From NCBI GenBank assembly GCA_965204535.1, contig CBDBEV010000001.1, positions 2,336,001 through 2,400,000 of the forward strand: a stretch of DNA of 64,000 nucleotides, given 5' to 3'. The notes under the pieces were generated by a model. That model saw nothing but the letters and a program-made list of their open reading frames with translations. It was not told where the DNA came from and made no database searches. This document shows positions 61,106-64,000 of the stretch, piece by piece (position 1 is the stretch's first letter; every line of letters starts with the position of its first letter). The translations under genes were made by a program, and so were the position numbers. Source of the stretch: a bacterium (GTDB lineage Bacteria; UBA8248).

Positions 61106-61304
61106 CCGTTAATTGATGTTATCGGTCCCCAGAAACCCCGTTTTCCGCCGAAAAACCCGATTCGGGGCGCATTCGGGCCGCAAACGAGCGAAATGTAAGC
61201 GAAAAAAGGCGCAAAACGGCCTTCGAAACCCTTCCGGAGACCCCGGAATTGCGCTTGACATGGCCGTGAGAGGTGTTATATTTTCTGATAACATCAATTA
61301 TCGG
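61106..61304 (+). promoter_or_regulatory. Invertible promoter B, pointing away from the lipoprotein (OFF) and toward the recombinase
   Basis: Perfect 14-bp IR TAATTGATGTTATC (61110-61123) / GATAACATCAATTA (61287-61300); TTGACA(61255)-N16-TATATT(61277) on the plus strand. Confidence 0.9.
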
Positions 61305-61417
61305 ACTCCAGCACAGCCGTTTCGCCAGTATTCCCCTGCGAAACGGCTTTTTTTGTGGAAATCCCCCGTCGTCGTCTATACTTGGTAATCAAGGAGGCGC
61401 TCGATCGGCCTCAGGGA

Positions 61418-62290
61418 ATGGAAACGGCCGCCGACCTGGCGAAGGCGTCGATGTCTGAGAACACGCGGCGAGTGTACGAGACTGCCCTGCGGAGGTTCGA
61501 GCGATCGGGAAACCCCGAGACCGACGCCGGGATAGCGGCGCACCTGGGGGACCTCTACGAGGGGGGGCACGCGGCGGCCGTGGCCGCGATGGCGGTCGCG
61601 GCGCTTCGCTTCCGGGCGAAGCTGAACGGCCGGCCCTCCCCGGTGGGGGCGGCCTCGGAGCGGGTGCTGGCCGGCTTCCGGCGCCTGGCCGCAGAGCGGG
61701 GCCGGGGCCAGGTGGCGGGGGTGCGCTGGGAGCAGGCGGACCGGGCGGCGGCGCTGGCCGAGGGAACGGGGACCCTGGCCGGTCTGCGCGACGCGGCGAT
61801 CGTGGCGGTGGCGAGCGACGCCCTGCTCCGGGTGTCGGAGGTCGAGGCGCTCGACGTCGCCGACGTGGACCTCGACGAGCAGACGGTGCTGATCCGCCGC
61901 TCGAAGACGGACCAGGAGGCCGAGGGCGTCGTACAGTTTCTGGGCGAGCCGACGGTGGCGCGCGTCGGGGCCTGGCTGGCGCGCGCGGGTCTTGAGGAGG
62001 GAGCGCTCTTCCGGGGCGTGTACAAGGGGGGACGGCTTCGGCCGGGGCGCCTGACGGAGAGGAGCATCCGGAGCATCATCGCGCGGTGGGGGAAGGCCGC
62101 GGGCGTGGAGGGGCGCATCAGCGGGCACAGCCTTCGCGTGGGCAGCGCCCAGAGCCTGGCCACGGCGGGGGCGTCGCTGGTCGAGATGCAGATTGCCGGG
62201 CGCTGGCAGTCGCCGGTCATGCCGGGGCGCTACGCGCAGGGACAGCTCGCGAAACAGGGCGCGATGGCGAGGCTGCGCTACGGGCGGTGA
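61418..62290 (+). CDS. Cre-like tyrosine recombinase (candidate invertase)
   Basis: RDAA......LLRVSE, SKTDQ..EG, SGHSLRVG, GRW.S..M..RY: R-K-H-R-W-Y catalytic set; no arm-binding domain. Confidence 0.92.
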   Translation: METAADLAKASMSENTRRVYETALRRFERSGNPETDAGIAAHLGDLYEGGHAAAVAAMAVAALRFRAKLNGRPSPVGAASERVLAGFRRLAAERGRGQVAGVRWEQADRAAALAEGTGTLAGLRDAAIVAVASDALLRVSEVEALDVADVDLDEQTVLIRRSKTDQEAEGVVQFLGEPTVARVGAWLARAGLEEGALFRGVYKGGRLRPGRLTERSIRSIIARWGKAAGVEGRISGHSLRVGSAQSLATAGASLVEMQIAGRWQSPVMPGRYAQGQLAKQGAMARLRYGR

Positions 62291-62484
62291 GGTCCGCCCG
62301 GCGTTTCGTCGAACACGGAACAGGCACGAAGAGAATTCGCGGCGGGCGCGACCCGCCCGCGTCCGGAATTCAGGAGGACGATGGTCTCGCGCTCCTGCGC
62401 CGCGGCCTCCTCCGTCGTGAGCATGTCCCTGGTTCCCGCAAGGTCCGCCGCGTGCGGGACGCCCGTCTTCTCCCGAATACCTCT

Positions 62485-63186
62485 CTACCGCCTCTTCTTT
62501 CTCCGGGCGGCTCTCTCCTCGGACGTGGAAGTCCACCTCCGGGCGGAGGCCCACTTCTCGAGGTCTTCGAGCAGGTAGCGCACCCGGTATCCGGTGCGAA
62601 GAAAATCCGGCCCCTCGCCGCTCACGCGGTAGCGCTCGAGCGTCCTGGGCGAGAGGCCGAGCCAGGCGGCCGCCTCCCGCGTGTCCAGCTGGTTCTCCCC
62701 CGCGCGCTCATCGGCGTCTCCCGCGGCGTCCCACGTCCCGTCGAACGGGTCGGGCAAGTCCGCGAGCCTCTCGCGTATGGCGCGGACCTCCTCTCCCGTC
62801 GCGTTGGCCGCCATCCAGGCGCGCACCCGGTCGAAGGTCTTGAGATACGGCGAGGCGCCCCGGCGCAGCCTCCCCACGAAGGAGGGATTCCCCACGGTCT
62901 CCTCGCCCAGGATCGAGACCTTGGTCCCGCTCACCGCGAGAAACGCCTCGACCTCGGCCCGCAGGAGCGGTCCCAGGGGCGGGTACCCCATGAACGCGAG
63001 CACCCGGTCCGCCGTGTCGACCCGCAGGGGCCGCCCCCGGGCCTGCAGTCCCACGAAGCCGGGAATGCCCAGCGCGCCCACCCCGAAGCGCCGCGCGCTC
63101 ATCCCGCGGCGCGCGCGCCAGAGCGCAATGCTCCGGCGCAGCCGCTCGTCCAGCGGGGTGTCGGTATCGTCTTTGAACGCGGTCAT
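62485..63186 (-). CDS. Triple-HTH protein, copy B
   Basis: Near-identical to 55842-56561. Confidence 0.82.
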   Translation of the reverse strand: MTAFKDDTDTPLDERLRRSIALWRARRGMSARRFGVGALGIPGFVGLQARGRPLRVDTADRVLAFMGYPPLGPLLRAEVEAFLAVSGTKVSILGEETVGNPSFVGRLRRGASPYLKTFDRVRAWMAANATGEEVRAIRERLADLPDPFDGTWDAAGDADERAGENQLDTREAAAWLGLSPRTLERYRVSGEGPDFLRTGYRVRYLLEDLEKWASARRWTSTSEERAARRKKRR

Positions 63187-63386
63187 GGCGCGCGAACATA
63201 AGGAAAGGACGAGCGCCCGTTCAATCGTTGTTTCTAGCGCGGAAGGTACACCCGTGAAGAGTCCGCGACCGCTCCCGCGAGCGGGTCGCTCATCGGTTCA
63301 GCCTGAAATCAAGGGGGTTTCCCGGAAAACGAAGGTCGCCGGAGAACGTGCAGCGAGGCGCTACGGAAAAAAAGGAAGGATGTTGC

Positions 63387-63483
63387 TCACACCGCGGCGC
63401 CCTGTTTCGCGAGTCGCCCCTGCGAATGGCGCTCCGGCATGACCGGCGATTGGCGGCGCCCGGCGAGTTGCATCTCGACCGGA
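63387..63483 (-). pseudogene. Remnant of a recombinase C-terminus, copy B
   Basis: PVEMQLAGRRQSPVMPERHSQGRLAKQGAAV. Confidence 0.8.
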
Positions 63484-64000
63484 TTCGTTTGCCTCGTGAC
63501 GAAGTAGGCATTACCGCCGACCGGTTCCGGCCTGACGCCGGCATCCATGAGATGAAAGCCGGTACCGGTATGCTGCTCAGGCACCTCGAATGCCTGCAAC
63601 TCCTGGTGAATCGGATAGCAAGGAAAGTATCGAGCCGAACCGATTGCGTTCGAACAGCATCTCGAACTGCAGCTGTTCAGGAACTGCCGTCATGGCTTGT
63701 TTGAACGGTAACTTCGAACCTTCACGGACGCGCGTCCGCCGTGATACGCTGGAGTTTGAATGAGTCCGCTTTCGGCTTGATTACGGCTCGCGGAAGGCGA
63801 ATTCCGGCAGGCATGAGCGAACCATATAACCGACATTATATCAATGAGTTATTTGGATTTCATCGCCGATGAGAACGGCCCGGAATATCCGATGAGGTTG
63901 ATTTATCGAAAAACATCGTGAATTTATCTAATTTTATCGAATTTTTCAGAAATTCCATCGGTGCCGAACGAGTCGGACGGCTTCACCATCATACTGGAAT

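Larger units (their letters stand above)
61053..63483. repeat. Copy B of the duplicated switch module
   Basis: Paralogous to 55186-56889. Confidence 0.92.
20700..64000. mobile_element. Genomic island / putative integrative mobilisable element (MOB-F); boundaries approximate and right end not seen
   Basis: Tandem integrases, T4CP, MOB-F relaxase, F-like oriT, ssb leading region, defence cargo and mosaic base composition; no mating-pair-formation genes seen; no att site identified. Confidence 0.75.

Overview
Bacterial chromosomal window in two parts. Bases 1 to about 20,300 are housekeeping DNA: MscS, FAH-family hydrolase, nadAC, MmgE/PrpD, tupABC, an isolated dnaN, MFS, thrC, PTPS-SDR-ferredoxin, tsaC, purE and ridA. 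From about 20,700 to the window end lies a mosaic island that looks like an integrative mobilisable element: two tandem tyrosine integrases, a TraD/TrwB coupling protein and a MOB-F relaxase. Next comes a defence cluster with MntA-HepT, two DUF5677-like paralogues, HEPN-like genes, an MmeI-type IIL enzyme, an Mrr-like nuclease and R-M remnants. An F-type oriT follows, then an IS1182 and a leading region with ssb and an Frpo-like ssDNA hairpin promoter. The most striking feature is a duplicated module: surface-protein gene, conserved leader, ~200-bp invertible promoter, Cre-like recombinase, triple-HTH protein. The two copies sit in opposite orientations (autotransporter ON, TbpB-like lipoprotein OFF) and use different crossover spacers. 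A second unusual pattern is that repeated copies of the MmeI gene 3' end each precede a different candidate defence gene. All assignments come from reading motifs by eye; no searches were run.
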